DNA of 64,000 bases from Terriglobia bacterium (lineage in GTDB: Bacteria > Acidobacteriota > Polarisedimenticolia > Polarisedimenticolales > JAIQFR01). Position 1 is the first letter of the stretch. Every line of letters begins with the position of its first letter. A program made the position numbers and the translations under genes. The notes under the pieces are model-generated. The model ran no database searches. It was given only the letters and a program-made list of their open reading frames with translations, and was not told the origin of the DNA. The stretch spans positions 10,503-74,502 of the forward strand of contig CAWBOP010000029.1 of assembly GCA_963790465.1 (NCBI GenBank), written 5' to 3'. Shown here one piece after another: positions 41,091 through 52,520 of the stretch.

Positions 41091-42245
41091 CTACCGCAGG
41101 AAGCTCTCGAATTCGTCGGCGTGGGCCGCTCGCCGGGCCGCTTCCTCGCGCGTGACCGTGCCGGCCTTCACCAGACGGGCGAGCGAGTCGTCCATCGGGA
41201 TCATGCCGCTCGTCCGCCCCAGCGAGAGTTGCGCGGGGATCTGGTGATTCAGCCCGCGTCGGATGAGGTTGCGGATCGCATCGTTCGCCAGGAGCACCTC
41301 GACCGCCGGGACGCGCCCCGAGCCGCTCCGCCTCGGCAGCAGGTTCTGAAGGACGATGCCCGCGAGCGAAAGCGAGAGCTGAGCGCGGATCTGGAGCTGC
41401 TGGTCCTCCGGGAAGACGTCAACGATTCGGTCGAGCGTCTGGGCGACGGTCCCCGTGTGAAGGGTCGAAAGAACGAGGTGGCCGGTCTCGGCGGCGGTCA
41501 ACGCCATCGCCATCGTTTCCCGGTCGCGCATCTCTCCCACGAGGATGACGTCGGGGTCCTGTCTCAGGACGTGGCGCAGCGCCTCGTCGAAGGACGGCGT
41601 GTCGCGCCCGACCTCGAGCTGCTCGACGATGCTGGTGCCGTGGACGTGCACGTATTCGATCGGGTCCTCCACCGTGATCACGTGGGAATTGCGCGTCCGA
41701 TTCACGATGTCGACGATCGACGCGAGCGTCGTGGATTTCCCGCAACCGGTCGGGCCGCACAGCAGCACGAGTCCACGCTCGAGCGCGGCGAAGCGGCCGA
41801 CGATCGGCGGGAGCCCGAGCGATTCCAGGGTCGGAATCGTCGCCGGGAACACGCGGAGCGCGGCGGCGAGGGCCCCCTGCTGGACGTGGACGTTGCAGCG
41901 AAAGCGGCCGATTCCCGGACGATCGAAGCAGAAATCCGCCGACCTGCGCCGCTCGAGGATCTTCCCCCGGCGTTCATCGAGCACCTCGTGGATCAGGGTC
42001 CGCACGGCCTTCGCGTCGAGCACCTGGGGGTCGATGGCGAGGAGCCGACCGTCGACGCGAGCCGTGGCGGGTACCCCGGGCACCAGCAACAGATCGGATG
42101 CGTGGGTCTCCACGACTCGCGCAAGCAGCAGGTCGAGGCGGAGCGCGCCGGCGGAATCCCGCTCCACCGGAGGGAGCGAAACCTCGCCACTGAGCGAGTT
42201 GATCTCGCGGACAAGGCGGGAGAGCTGCTCGTCGAAGATCGGCAC
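41091..42245 (-). CDS. pilT: PilT/PilU family type IV pilus ATPase
   Basis: ASDLLL, GRFRCNV, GPTGCGKSTT, EDPIEY, GEMRD, AETGHLVLSTLHT, AIRNLIR. Confidence 0.9.
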   Translation of the reverse strand: MPIFDEQLSRLVREINSLSGEVSLPPVERDSAGALRLDLLLARVVETHASDLLLVPGVPATARVDGRLLAIDPQVLDAKAVRTLIHEVLDERRGKILERRRSADFCFDRPGIGRFRCNVHVQQGALAAALRVFPATIPTLESLGLPPIVGRFAALERGLVLLCGPTGCGKSTTLASIVDIVNRTRNSHVITVEDPIEYVHVHGTSIVEQLEVGRDTPSFDEALRHVLRQDPDVILVGEMRDRETMAMALTAAETGHLVLSTLHTGTVAQTLDRIVDVFPEDQQLQIRAQLSLSLAGIVLQNLLPRRSGSGRVPAVEVLLANDAIRNLIRRGLNHQIPAQLSLGRTSGMIPMDDSLARLVKAGTVTREEAARRAAHADEFESFLR

Positions 42246-42322
42246 GGGGGAGAATCTACTCCGGCGCGCCCCTTTTGTCCCGGGATTTTCTCGCCGCCGG
42301 CCGGACCCCAGGTATCCGGGGG

Positions 42323-43141
42323 TTACCGCGCTTGCACCCGGATCGCCTCGGTGTTCAGAAAGCATCGGGTGAACGCGGAATCGCATTCCACGAGGGTCTT
42401 GCGATCGTCGAAATCGACGACCAGCGTCACGATGGAGTCCTGCGGCACCGTCACCGTCACCGGCGCGAGCTCCACGTTCAGGGTGCCCGGTCCGATGACG
42501 ACCCGCGCCGTTTGGGAACAGGTATCGCCGATCCCGTCCTGATTCGCGTCCGCCTGGCCCGGATTCGGAACCCAGACGCAGTTGTCGATCGCGTCCGCCT
42601 CCCCGTCGCCGTCCCGGTCGGCGTCGACGACCGTTCCGGTCGTCACGTCGGCCACGGTGCACGCCACCCCCGTGCTGCCGTTGTCGGACAATTCCTGGCT
42701 GGAATTCGGCACGAGCGGGCAATTGTCCTCCTCGTTGCCGATCCCGTCGCCGTCGTAGTCCCCCGTCGCCGGAAGGCTCGGTCTGAACGCGCGGCGCGCC
42801 TCCATGTTGGAGATCGCGAGATGGATGGTCACCGTCCGCTGCTGGCTCGCGCCGAGCACGAGGCTCGATCCTCCGCACGCGGCCTGCAAGGAGGTGCCCG
42901 CCAGAACGTTATACGTGTAGGCGCAAGGACTGACCCCGAGAAACTCGTACGAGCCGAACCCCTCGACATCCGCGCTGGCCGATTGAAACGTCCAGCGAAC
43001 GACTTGATTCGCCGGAGCCAGCGCGCTCTGCAGGTTGATGCCGGAGTCCACCACCGTCAGCGAGATGCTGCCGCTGGCGGGAAAAACGTTCTTCGACGAG
43101 GAGCACCCGCACAGGCCGACGACGAGCAGCAGGGCGACCAT
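42323..43141 (-). CDS. Lipoprotein with thrombospondin type 3 repeats
   Basis: [10 protein letters not shown] lipobox; [26 protein letters not shown]; start may be GTG ~43192. Confidence 0.75.
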   Translation of the reverse strand: MVALLLVVGLCGCSSSKNVFPASGSISLTVVDSGINLQSALAPANQVVRWTFQSASADVEGFGSYEFLGVSPCAYTYNVLAGTSLQAACGGSSLVLGASQQRTVTIHLAISNMEARRAFRPSLPATGDYDGDGIGNEEDNCPLVPNSSQELSDNGSTGVACTVADVTTGTVVDADRDGDGEADAIDNCVWVPNPGQADANQDGIGDTCSQTARVVIGPGTLNVELAPVTVTVPQDSIVTLVVDFDDRKTLVECDSAFTRCFLNTEAIRVQAR

Positions 43142-43191
43142 GGACGGAATGCAGCGGTGGTCGAACTCGGTCCGACTTCGGATCCCAGGCA

Positions 43192-43920
43192 CTAGGGCAC
43201 CTGGAACGTGATCGCCGGCGCGAGATCGGCGGCCACGAACAAACCAACCGCCGCCTTGCGCGCCTCTACGGGGTTGCTGTTCGGGCCGACGCAGGTCGCC
43301 AGCGCTTCGAGGAGCGGCGTGATCAGGTCGCCACGCGCCACGATCCGCAGTACCGTGGAGGCACCCGGCCGGATCTCGACCACCGGTGGGTCCGGCACGA
43401 GGATCGTCATGGGCTCGCTCGAATCGACCTGAATCGTTAGAGCGCTCAGATCCAGCGGGACATACCACGGGGCGATGTCGTCGCCCAGGTTCTCCGAAAT
43501 GGTGCACAGATCGGCATCCGCCGGCGGCCGGCTGTCCTCGGTACTCAACTGGAAGGCGGTCACCACGATCGAGATGACCTGGTAGGTGCCGCCGGCCACC
43601 GTGACCGAGGCGATCGACTGCGGTCCGGCGGTGCTCACGTCGACCACGGTATTCCGGGGGAGAATCTGCAGGGGCTCCGTGCCGAGGGAGACGGAGTTGT
43701 TCGAGTCCACGGGGCGGAACGTGACGGAGGAGAAGGAGGCCTTCGCCCAGACGAACGGTGGTTTCGAGTCGGCCCGCTCTCCGACGGCAGGCTCCATGGA
43801 CAACTGCAACTCGAGTTGACCGTTGGATGGGGCGAGCACTTTGCCGCCGGTGCAGCCGAAACCGGCCAGGATCGGCAGCAGCGCCGACGCGACACCCACA
43901 AACCGCCAGTTGAGCTTCAT
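43192..43920 (-). CDS. Hypothetical lipoprotein (beta-rich)
   Basis: MKLNWRF...LAGFGC lipobox. Confidence 0.7.
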   Translation of the reverse strand: MKLNWRFVGVASALLPILAGFGCTGGKVLAPSNGQLELQLSMEPAVGERADSKPPFVWAKASFSSVTFRPVDSNNSVSLGTEPLQILPRNTVVDVSTAGPQSIASVTVAGGTYQVISIVVTAFQLSTEDSRPPADADLCTISENLGDDIAPWYVPLDLSALTIQVDSSEPMTILVPDPPVVEIRPGASTVLRIVARGDLITPLLEALATCVGPNSNPVEARKAAVGLFVAADLAPAITFQVP

Positions 43921-43996
43921 GGAGTACGCCCCCTTCGGAGAACCTTGACTCCGCTTCGAGCCGTCAAAATACCGCTTTTCGACGGCGGAGTTGAAA

Positions 43997-44025
43997 ACTA
44001 TAGTCGAAGTCCTGCGGTGAGACAA
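43997..44025 (-). promoter_or_regulatory. Sigma70-like promoter of lipoprotein genes
   Basis: TTGTCT-17-TATAGT on the minus strand. Confidence 0.55.
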
Positions 44026-44109
44026 CCGCATTGGGGGCGCCCACGAAACGTCAACGCGGAAACGGAATCCGTCCCGAGCCGCCGGACCCTGCCCCCGGTC
44101 CTGCGTGCG

Positions 44110-47100
44110 CTACGGGCAGTCCGCGGCCGGGAGGCGCTCGTTTCCACCGCTCGCGACGCCGTACGTACCGGACCCGCAGAGGTTCTGCCCGCGAACGAGG
44201 TAGTAGTACCCGGCGCCCGGCGCGGGATTGGGCTGAGTATCGTCCCGGCCGGTCTCCGTCTCGTCGTTGAAAAGGCAGGTGGCTCCGCTCGTTCCCTGGC
44301 CCGACCGCAGGTCCGCGATCTGGCCCCCGGCGAGGTCGTACCGCGACGCCTGGTCCGTTGCCGTCCAGCTCAGCGTCGGGGATACCCGGTTCACCCGGAG
44401 CCCCTGAACCTCCGCGGGGACGGACCAAGCCGTAGCATCGCGCGGAGCGCAATCGGTCTCGTTCGGAGCGCCGTCGCCGTCGATGTCCGGATCGCATGCG
44501 TCGCCGAGGCCGTCCCCGTCGAGATCCGCCTGATCGGAGTTCGCAAGGCTCGCGCAGTTGTCGCAGATATCCCCGACGCCGTCGGCGTCCGCATCGATCT
44601 GCGTCGGGTTGGCCACCGACGGGCAGTTGTCGCAGGCATCGCCCAGGCCGTCGAGGTCCACGTCCTGCTGGGTCGGGTTGGCCACAGACGGACAGTTGTC
44701 GGCCACGCAGGTGTTGCCGGGGAAGCCCGGATTACCGAAGCCGTCGCCGTCGGTGTCGGTGCACGTGTCGCACGCGTCACCCAGGCCGTCCGCGTCGGTG
44801 TCGGTCTGCGTCGGATTGGCCACCGACGGACAGTTGTCCGTCGCGCAGCTGTTGGCCGGGAAGCCCGGATTGCCGAAGCCGTCGCCGTCGGTGTCGGTGC
44901 ACGTGTCGCACGCGTCGCCGAGACCGTCGTGATCCGCGTCCTGCTGGCCCGGATTCGAGGCGGACACGCAGTTGTCGCAGATGTCCCCCACGCCGTCGGC
45001 GTCCGCATCGATCTGCGTCGGGTTCGCGCTCAGGGGACAGTTGTCGCACAGGTCGCCCGCGCCGTCGCTGTCGCCGTCCGCCTGATCCGGGTTAACCGCC
45101 GAAACGCAGTTGTCGCAAACTTGGCCGATCCAGTCCCCGTCGCCATCCGCCTGGTCCGCGTTCGCGGTCAACGGGCAGTTGTCGCCGAGGTCCTTGATCC
45201 CGTCGCCGTCCCCGTCGCGCGAGGCGGCGGGGCAGGCAACAGCGGGGAAGTGGTTCTGACCGTAGTTGTCCTTGCCGGTGGCGCTCTCGCCGCACGAGTT
45301 CTTCGCGCTCATCACGTAGTAATAGACGGTGCCCGCCGGCGGCGTGCTCGGATCGTTGGCCTCGGTGCCGGGCAGCTCGCCGCCGAAGCAGACCTCGTTG
45401 TACGAGAACGCCTGGCCCGGAGCGATCGTCCCGCGGTACAGGTTCGAGACGTGTCCCTGGACGCCCCGCAACCACTCGAGTTGCCCGCCATCGCTCTTGT
45501 CGAGCCTCAAAGTGTCACCGATCGGCCCGGGAAGGGCCGACGTTCCCCGATTCAGGGGAGCGCAGTCCTGCGCGTCGGGCACGCCGTCGTTGTCGTCGTC
45601 CGGGTCGAGCCAGTTCGGAATCCCGTCGTTGTCGAAGTCCGGGGAAAACTCGTACGCCCCCATGTCCACCACGGGGCCGCCGACGTAGTCTCCGTCCTGA
45701 GGACGCGGCGCGCCGTCCCGGTCGTCGGAAGCGCCGTTCACGTTCTCGCCGACGTCGATCACCGGACTCGCCGGCGTCAGGTGGTAGTCCCCGTTGGCGC
45801 GATTCACGAACAGCGGGTCCACCGAGATGTTGCCGTCCACGCCGATGTAGCTCGAATCGGTCTTCCCACCGTCGACGTTGTCCGGAGTGTTACCGAAGAG
45901 GTCGTTGTACCGGACCACGGGATTGGATTCGTAAACGTAGAGGCCTCCGCCCGAGGACGCCTGGATCGCGACGTTGAACGCGAATACGTTGTTCGCCAGC
46001 GTCGGAACGTCCAACGTTCCATACTGCTCGATGTAGAATCCTCCGCCGTAGTCCGCCGTGTTGTCCGCGACCGTGTTGTTCCGGAAAAGGAGCAGCGTCG
46101 AGGCGGTGTGGCCCCCGCCGCCGTACGGCGCGTCGTTCGCGGTAATGACGTTGTTCTCCGCGGTTCCGACACCGCTCTGCATCTCGGTGCCGTCGTAGTA
46201 ACCGCCCGATTGCAAGCCGCCCGCCAAGATACCGGCGGTGTTTCCCTGGATCAGGTTCTTCGAGACCACGGAGGTCCCCGCCACGATCTTGCTGTACATC
46301 GCAATGGCGCCGCCGCCGGCGTACTGATTCGTGGTGAGGCGATTGCCGGCGCGGTTGTTGCGGATCGTGTTGCTGTCGATGAGGGACGCCGCGTCGGTCC
46401 CGATGTAGATGCCACCCCCGGCACCTATGGACGGCCTACCCGACGTCCCCGCCGGCGGGTCGGCCACGTTCCCTTCGATCAGATTTCTCGTGATCACGGG
46501 CCTCGACGGGAGTTGCCCCCCGCCGATGTTGCTGTTGGCGTAAATCCCGGCCCCGTAAAAATAGTCCGTCGTCGTTGCGGATATCGTGTTCCCGACGATC
46601 TCGTTCCGGGTGATCGTCGGCGAACTGTTCCCCCACACGAAGATCCCCCCACCCACGGCGAAGATGTCCGTGCCTGACGTGATGTAGTAGCCCGTGCCGC
46701 CGACGATGTGAAACCCCTCGATCCGGTCGGCGGTCGTGGGCCCCACGCCGCTGATCGAGGTGGCCTGCACGGCGCAGCAGGAGGTGGTCGCGGTGTTGAG
46801 GGTGCAGTCCGAAAGGAAGCAAGGCTGGCCGGCGGCATTGATCGTCGTCACCGAAGGCCCGTCGGTCGAGACGACGCTGATTCCCTGGAACATCCTGATG
46901 GCCTGGGTGTAGGTCCCGGGGAGCACCAGCACGGTCCCCCCCGCCGGGACGTTGTTCTTCAGACGGCAGATGCCGTCCTGGATCTTGCAATAGGGGTTGG
47001 ACGAGCTGCCGTCACCCGGCCCGGGGCAGTTCGCAGAGCTTACATACACCGTCTCCTGCGCGACGGCGAACGTGAGGGAAGCGATCAGGGTCAGAACCGC

Positions 47101-47133
47101 GAACGCTCCGACGCGTCCAGTCGCGAGTTGCAT
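44110..47133 (-). CDS. Secreted right-handed beta-helix / TSP3-repeat protein, copy 1
   Basis: Signal peptide, GGGI/GNT parallel beta-helix repeats, VDMGAYEF, many DxDGDGxGDxCDNCP repeats, C-terminal [11 protein letters not shown]...CP. Confidence 0.88.
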   Translation of the reverse strand: MQLATGRVGAFAVLTLIASLTFAVAQETVYVSSANCPGPGDGSSSNPYCKIQDGICRLKNNVPAGGTVLVLPGTYTQAIRMFQGISVVSTDGPSVTTINAAGQPCFLSDCTLNTATTSCCAVQATSISGVGPTTADRIEGFHIVGGTGYYITSGTDIFAVGGGIFVWGNSSPTITRNEIVGNTISATTTDYFYGAGIYANSNIGGGQLPSRPVITRNLIEGNVADPPAGTSGRPSIGAGGGIYIGTDAASLIDSNTIRNNRAGNRLTTNQYAGGGAIAMYSKIVAGTSVVSKNLIQGNTAGILAGGLQSGGYYDGTEMQSGVGTAENNVITANDAPYGGGGHTASTLLLFRNNTVADNTADYGGGFYIEQYGTLDVPTLANNVFAFNVAIQASSGGGLYVYESNPVVRYNDLFGNTPDNVDGGKTDSSYIGVDGNISVDPLFVNRANGDYHLTPASPVIDVGENVNGASDDRDGAPRPQDGDYVGGPVVDMGAYEFSPDFDNDGIPNWLDPDDDNDGVPDAQDCAPLNRGTSALPGPIGDTLRLDKSDGGQLEWLRGVQGHVSNLYRGTIAPGQAFSYNEVCFGGELPGTEANDPSTPPAGTVYYYVMSAKNSCGESATGKDNYGQNHFPAVACPAASRDGDGDGIKDLGDNCPLTANADQADGDGDWIGQVCDNCVSAVNPDQADGDSDGAGDLCDNCPLSANPTQIDADADGVGDICDNCVSASNPGQQDADHDGLGDACDTCTDTDGDGFGNPGFPANSCATDNCPSVANPTQTDTDADGLGDACDTCTDTDGDGFGNPGFPGNTCVADNCPSVANPTQQDVDLDGLGDACDNCPSVANPTQIDADADGVGDICDNCASLANSDQADLDGDGLGDACDPDIDGDGAPNETDCAPRDATAWSVPAEVQGLRVNRVSPTLSWTATDQASRYDLAGGQIADLRSGQGTSGATCLFNDETETGRDDTQPNPAPGAGYYYLVRGQNLCGSGTYGVASGGNERLPAADCP

Positions 47134-50100
47134 CGCTTCATCACCCGGCTGTTGCCACCCCGAAGGGTTCTAGAAATAGGGATAACGCCCCCTTTTCATA
47201 TACGGTGATCGGGTCGATGCGACAAGCGCCAATTGCGACTCGCGGTTTCGAAAACGAACTCCGTGCCGCGAGTTTCCAGAAACCGGCCTGCGGCGATCAG
47301 GGGCAGTCCGCGGCCGGGAGGCGCTCGTTCCCACCGCTCGCGACGCCGTACGTACCGGACCCGCAGAGGTTCTGCCCGCGAACGAGGTAGTAGTACCCGG
47401 CGCCCGGCGCGGGATTGGGCTGAGTATCGTCCCGGCCGGTCTCCGTCTCGTCGTTGAAAAGGCAGGTGGCTCCGCTCGTTCCCTGGCCCGACCGCAGGTC
47501 CGCGATCTGGCCCCCGGCGAGGTCGTACCGCGACGCCTGGTCCGTTGCCGTCCAGCTCAGCGTCGGGGATACCCGGTTCACCCGGAGCCCCTGAACCTCC
47601 GCGGGGACGGACCAAGCCGTGGCATCGCGCGGAGCGCAATCGGTCTCGTTCGGAGCGCCGTCGCCGTCGATGTCCGGATCGCATGCGTCGCCGAGGCCGT
47701 CCCCGTCGAGATCCGCCTGATCGGAGTTCGCAAGGCTCGCGCAGTTGTCGCAGATATCCCCGACGCCGTCGGCGTCCGCATCGATCTGCGTCGGGTTGGC
47801 CACCGACGGGCAGTTGTCGCAGGCATCGCCCAGGCCGTCGAGGTCCACGTCCTGCTGGGTCGGGTTGGCCACCGACGGACAGTTGTCGGCCACGCATGTG
47901 TTGCCGGGGAAGCCCGGATTACCGAAGCCGTCGCCGTCGGTGTCGGTGCACGTGTCGCACGCGTCACCCAGGCCGTCCGCGTCGGTGTCGGTCTGCGTCG
48001 GATTGGCCACCGACGGACAGTTGTCCGTCGCGCAACTGTTGGCCGGGAAGCCCGGATTGCCGAAGCCGTCGCCGTCGGTGTCGGTGCACGTGTCGCACGC
48101 GTCGCCGAGACCGTCGTGATCCGCGTCCTGCTGGCCCGGATTCGAGGCGGACACGCAGTTGTCGCAGATGTCCCCCACGCCGTCGGCGTCCGCATCGATC
48201 TGCGTCGGGTTCGCGCTCAGAGGACAGTTGTCGCACAGGTCGCCCGCGCCGTCGCTGTCGCCGTCCGCCTGATCCGGGTTGACCGCCGAAACGCAGTTGT
48301 CGCAAACTTGGCCGATCCAGTCCCCGTCGCCATCCGCCTGGTCCGCGTTCGCGGTCAACGGGCAGTTGTCGCCGAGGTCCTTGATCCCGTCGCCGTCCCC
48401 GTCGCGCGAGGCGGCGGGGCAGGCAACAGCGGGGAAGTGGTCCTGACCGTAGTTGTCCTTGCCGGTGGCGCTCTCGCCGCACGAGTTTTCCGCGCTCATC
48501 ACGTAGTAATAGACGGTGCCCGCCGGCGGCGTGCTCGCATCGTTGACCTCGGTGCCGGGCAGCTCGCCGCCGAAGCAGACCTCGTTGTACGAGAACGCCT
48601 GGCCCGGGGCGATCGTTCCGCGATACAGGTTCGAGACGTGTCCCTGGACGCCCCGCAACCACTCGAGTTGCCCGCCCCCGCTCTTGTCGAGCCTCAAAGT
48701 GTCACCGATCGGCCCGGGAAGGGCCGACGTCCCCCGATTCAGGGGAGCGCAGTCCTGCGCGTCGGGCACGCCGTCGTTGTCGTCGTCCGGGTCGAGCCAG
48801 TCCGGAATCCCGTCGTTGTCGAAGTCCGGCGAAAACTCGTACGCCCCCATGTCCACCACGGGGCCGCCGACGTAGTCTCCGTCCTGAGGACGCGGCGCGC
48901 CGTCCCGGTCGTCGGAAGCGCCGTTCACGTTCTCGCCGACGTCGATCACCGGACTCGCCGACGTCAGGTGGTAGTCCTTGTTGGTGTGATTCACGAACCG
49001 CGGGTCCACCGAGATGTTGCCGTTCACGCCGATGTAGCTCGAATCGGTCTTCCCACCGTCGACGTTGTCCGGAGTGTTACCGAAGAGGTCGTTGTACCGG
49101 ACCACGGGATTGATGGTTTCGTAAACGTAGAGGCCTCCGCCCGAGGAGGCCTGGATCGCGACGTTGAACGCGAATACGTTGTTCGCCAGCGTCGGAACGT
49201 CCAACGTTCCATCCTGCTCGATGTAGAACCCTCCGCCGTAGTCCGCCGTGTTGTCCGCGACCGTGTTGTTCCGGAAAAGGAGCAGCGTCGAGGCGGTGTG
49301 GCCCCCGCCGCCGTACGGCGCGTCGTTCGCGGTAATGACGTTGTTCTCCGCGGTTCCGACACCGCTCTGCATCTCGGTGCCGTCGTAGTAACCGCCCGAT
49401 TGCAAGCCGCCCGCCAAGATACCGGCGGTGTTTCCCTGGATCAGGTTCTTCGAGACCACGGAGGTCCCCGCCACGATCTTGCTGTACATCGCAATGGCGC
49501 CGCCGCCGGCGTACTGATTCGTGGTGAGGCGATTGCCGGCGCGGTTGTTGCGGATCGTGTTGCTGTCGATGAGGGACGCCGCGTCGGTCCCGATGTAGAT
49601 GCCACCCCCGGCACCTATGGACACCTTCGCCTTCGTCCCCGCCGGCGGGTCGGCCACGTTCCCTTCGATCAGATTTCTCGTGATCACGGGCCTCGACGGG
49701 AGCTGCCCCCCGCCGATGTTGCTGTTGGCGTAAATCCCGGCCCCGTAAAAATAGTCCGTCGTCGTTGCGGATATCATGTTCCCGACGATCTCGTTCCGGG
49801 TGATCGTCGGCGAACTGTTCCCCCACACGAAGATCCCCCCACCCACGGCGAAGATGTCCGTGCCTGACGTGATGTAGTAGCCCGTGCCGCCGACGATGTG
49901 AAACCCCTCGATCCGGTCGGCGGTCGTGGGTCCCACGCCGCTGATCGAGGTGGCCTGCACGGCGCAGCAGGAGGTGGTCGCGGTGTTGAGGGTGCAGTCC
50001 GAAAGGAAGCAAGGCTGGCCGGCGGCATTGATCGTCGTCACCGAAGGCCCGTCGGTCGAGACGACGCTGATTCCCTGGAACATCCTGATGGCCTGGGTGT

Positions 50101-50492
50101 AGGTCCCGGGGAGCACCAGCACGGTCCCCCCCGCCGGGACGTTGTTCTTCAGACGGCAGATGCCGTCCTGGATCTTGCAATAGGGGTTGGACGAGCTGCC
50201 GTCACCCGGCCCGGGGCAGTTCGCAGCGCTGACGTACACCGTCTGCTGCGCGACGGCGAACGTGAGGGAAGCGATCAAGGTCAGAACCGCGAATACTCCG
50301 ACGCGTCCAGTCGCGAGTCGCATCGCTTCACCACCTGGCTGTTGCCACCCCGAAGGGTTCTGGAAAAGGGATAGAGCCCCCGCTTTCATATACGGTGGTC
50401 GGGTCGATGCGACAAGCGGCAATTGCGACAGCGGCAATTGCGACTCGCGGTTTCGAAAACGAATTCCGTGCCGCGAGTTTCCAGAAACCGGC
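44111..50492. repeat. Head-to-tail tandem duplication, unit ~3.19 kb, including upstream region
   Basis: 44112-47288 aligns by eye to 47299-50492. Confidence 0.93.
47297..50323 (-). CDS. Secreted right-handed beta-helix / TSP3-repeat protein, copy 2
   Basis: Near-identical paralog of copy 1; start set by homology at ATG 50323. Confidence 0.88.
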   Translation of the reverse strand: MRLATGRVGVFAVLTLIASLTFAVAQQTVYVSAANCPGPGDGSSSNPYCKIQDGICRLKNNVPAGGTVLVLPGTYTQAIRMFQGISVVSTDGPSVTTINAAGQPCFLSDCTLNTATTSCCAVQATSISGVGPTTADRIEGFHIVGGTGYYITSGTDIFAVGGGIFVWGNSSPTITRNEIVGNMISATTTDYFYGAGIYANSNIGGGQLPSRPVITRNLIEGNVADPPAGTKAKVSIGAGGGIYIGTDAASLIDSNTIRNNRAGNRLTTNQYAGGGAIAMYSKIVAGTSVVSKNLIQGNTAGILAGGLQSGGYYDGTEMQSGVGTAENNVITANDAPYGGGGHTASTLLLFRNNTVADNTADYGGGFYIEQDGTLDVPTLANNVFAFNVAIQASSGGGLYVYETINPVVRYNDLFGNTPDNVDGGKTDSSYIGVNGNISVDPRFVNHTNKDYHLTSASPVIDVGENVNGASDDRDGAPRPQDGDYVGGPVVDMGAYEFSPDFDNDGIPDWLDPDDDNDGVPDAQDCAPLNRGTSALPGPIGDTLRLDKSGGGQLEWLRGVQGHVSNLYRGTIAPGQAFSYNEVCFGGELPGTEVNDASTPPAGTVYYYVMSAENSCGESATGKDNYGQDHFPAVACPAASRDGDGDGIKDLGDNCPLTANADQADGDGDWIGQVCDNCVSAVNPDQADGDSDGAGDLCDNCPLSANPTQIDADADGVGDICDNCVSASNPGQQDADHDGLGDACDTCTDTDGDGFGNPGFPANSCATDNCPSVANPTQTDTDADGLGDACDTCTDTDGDGFGNPGFPGNTCVADNCPSVANPTQQDVDLDGLGDACDNCPSVANPTQIDADADGVGDICDNCASLANSDQADLDGDGLGDACDPDIDGDGAPNETDCAPRDATAWSVPAEVQGLRVNRVSPTLSWTATDQASRYDLAGGQIADLRSGQGTSGATCLFNDETETGRDDTQPNPAPGAGYYYLVRGQNLCGSGTYGVASGGNERLPAADCP

Positions 50493-50702
50493 CCGCGGCG
50501 TAAGACCCCATCGCCGAACCGCCCAAGAAGGCGGTGAGGATCGCGCTGGTGGCGAACAGCGTCGAGTCGAGGATGAGGATGAACTGGCGGAGTCACAAGA
50601 CCTCGTAAACGAGGCTCGTGGCTCCCGGAAGAAAAGAAGAAAAACAGCGCGTAGATCGCAGCACGGTGATGAGCGAACATCCGGATCACAGCGAAACCTC
50701 CA

Positions 50703-50740
50703 GAAAAGAAAACCGCCACCGCTCGAAGCGATGGCGGTTC
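50703..50740 (-). terminator. Intrinsic terminator
   Basis: Minus strand AACCGCCATCGC-TTCGA-GCGGTGGCGGTT then TTCTTTTC. Confidence 0.75.
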
Positions 50741-50807
50741 TCCGAGGTTTCCGCCGGAGCGGGTTCGCTATCGCGGCCAGAACCCGAGGACCGGCGTGAT
50801 GCGCGCC

Positions 50808-51248
50808 CTATTCCGGCTCGCTCACAGACTTTGCGCGATGCCTCTTCCGAATCTGGATGATCGGATCGGCCGCGCTAGCCTCCGGCGGCTCCACGGGGGC
50901 CGTGCCGACGATCTCGGATGCGAAGCTGGACACGAACGCGTCCATCTGCCCCTGGCTGAACGGAGCCTGCGGGTTGTTCGTCGTGACGTTCACGCCCAGA
51001 ACACCCGCGATCTGCGCGACCGTCCCCTCGTTCAGGGTGGCCGTCAGGTCCAGCGACGGAAGATTGACTCCCGCGACCTTCAGCGAAGCAGCAGCACTGT
51101 GGCCGTCGGTCGCCGGAAGGTTCTTCACCTGGGCGATCTGGGTCAGAAAATCACCCACGGTCACCTTGCCGGCAGCGTTCGCCGGGACAATTACTGCAAC
51201 CGCAATCAGAGCCATCAAAGCGATCCAAATCACTCTCTTCATAAACAT
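50808..51248 (-). CDS. Small secreted hypothetical protein
   Basis: GGAGG SD, signal peptide ending ANA-A; own promoter(s) and terminator. Confidence 0.8.
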   Translation of the reverse strand: MFMKRVIWIALMALIAVAVIVPANAAGKVTVGDFLTQIAQVKNLPATDGHSAAASLKVAGVNLPSLDLTATLNEGTVAQIAGVLGVNVTTNNPQAPFSQGQMDAFVSSFASEIVGTAPVEPPEASAADPIIQIRKRHRAKSVSEPE

Positions 51249-51495
51249 GACCTCCCCGCTCCGGGATCCTCCAGTTTTAGAAACCTCATAACAGCAAAGT
51301 GACCTACATATACGGTCAATCGCCACACCGTCAAGCCGTTTTTATCCGGGTGCGAGCGACTGAGCTTCCCACAATTTCATCAACTTTCGCTCTTCTTTCG
51401 TGCATCCCGTGCCGACCGGCCTCTGTTGCAAAGATCTCTATACGGTCAAGCGGTCCGATGGTCAAGGAAAGTTCTGCCTTTCGCCCCCGGTGCGA

Positions 51496-52458
51496 TCACG
51501 GCACCACCGGTTTCTCGGCCACGGTGATCTTTCGCGTCCTGACTTCCTTGAGGGGTTTGAAGTAGGGGCGCGCGGTCTGCTGAGTATTCGGCATTCTCGA
51601 GATCCGCTGAACGACATCCAGTCCGTCGACCACCTGGCCGAGAACCGTGGCCTGCCCGGTCCAGGTGGATTCGGGCCGCAGCATGATGAGGAACTGCGAC
51701 CCGTTCGTGGGGGGCGAAGGGCTGAGCGGTTTCATGAGAACGGTTCCGGCGACCACCGGCAGGCTGGACGGATCCTGGGGGTAGCGGAGCGGAGGCGTGC
51801 CGCTGCCGTCGCCCTGGGAGTCTCCCGCCACCACGAAGTGATCGGCGTGGACCTCGTGGAACGTCAGCCCGTCGTAGAACCCGGCGTTCGCCATGTCGAT
51901 GAACGCCTTGGTCGCGAGCGGCGCGGACTTCGAGAAGAACTCGACGAAGAACACGCCCTCTTCGGTTTCGACCCGAGCGCGATACGTCTTCGAAGGATCG
52001 TACTTGGGGATCACCCGCACCATGAGCGTCGGCGAGGACAGGCCGTCGGCGGTCCATCGGATCTCGTATTGCCCCGGTTGGGCCATGTCCGGAAAGACTT
52101 GCGTCAGGTCGATCACCGCGCTGTACGAGTACTTCGCCGCGAGCCGCTCGGGACGCGACGCCTCGCGGGTCTCCGGCTTCCCCGAGCGCTTCAACGCGGC
52201 GCCTCCCGAGAGGCGGACCTCGAGCCCGGCGGGCAGCGAGGTCTTGACCGGGTTCTGCACCTCGGCGTCCCCCTCGTTGCCGACGCCGACTCTCACCGCC
52301 AGCGGGTCCCCCGCGTAGTAGAGTTGCCGGGAAAGCTCCAGCGCTATCTTGACGGGTCCATCTTTCGCGGCGGCCTTCTCCGGGGTGGCCGCGCCTTCGG
52401 CCGCGGCCGCGAAAACGCCGAGCAAGATCACGGAAAGGAGTGCGAGCGTACGACGCAT
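51496..52458 (-). CDS. Cyclophilin-like protein with N-terminal Ig-like domain
   Basis: Signal peptide; GFYDGLTFH, NGSQFLI, TVLGQVVDGLDVV. Confidence 0.85.
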   Translation of the reverse strand: MRRTLALLSVILLGVFAAAAEGAATPEKAAAKDGPVKIALELSRQLYYAGDPLAVRVGVGNEGDAEVQNPVKTSLPAGLEVRLSGGAALKRSGKPETREASRPERLAAKYSYSAVIDLTQVFPDMAQPGQYEIRWTADGLSSPTLMVRVIPKYDPSKTYRARVETEEGVFFVEFFSKSAPLATKAFIDMANAGFYDGLTFHEVHADHFVVAGDSQGDGSGTPPLRYPQDPSSLPVVAGTVLMKPLSPSPPTNGSQFLIMLRPESTWTGQATVLGQVVDGLDVVQRISRMPNTQQTARPYFKPLKEVRTRKITVAEKPVVP

Positions 52459-52520
52459 GACCACCTCTCATCCGCCGCGGTGCGTGGGCCGACACCGCGT
52501 CGATTCAACCGAACAAAGCA

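Noticed and set aside
44480-45230. CRISPR-like periodic repeats (also 47670-48420 and 11550-12120)
   Set aside because: These are in-frame coding repeats (TSP3 and DUF4097 TSGGS units) with degenerate third positions; no cas genes.
43816-46677. Very long opposite-strand or alternate-frame ORFs (also 15850-18588, 52608-54944, 1314-3251, 24743-26683)
   Set aside because: Shadow ORFs of real genes caused by high GC; no recognisable motifs.
47240-47290. Sigma54 promoter or c-di-GMP riboswitch upstream of the duplicated genes
   Set aside because: GGCACG-N-TTCGT lacks the invariant -12 GC, and no GEMM consensus was found.
44110-50323. Diversity-generating retroelement TR/VR pair
   Set aside because: Whole-gene duplication, differences not restricted to adenines and including an indel, and no reverse transcriptase in the window.
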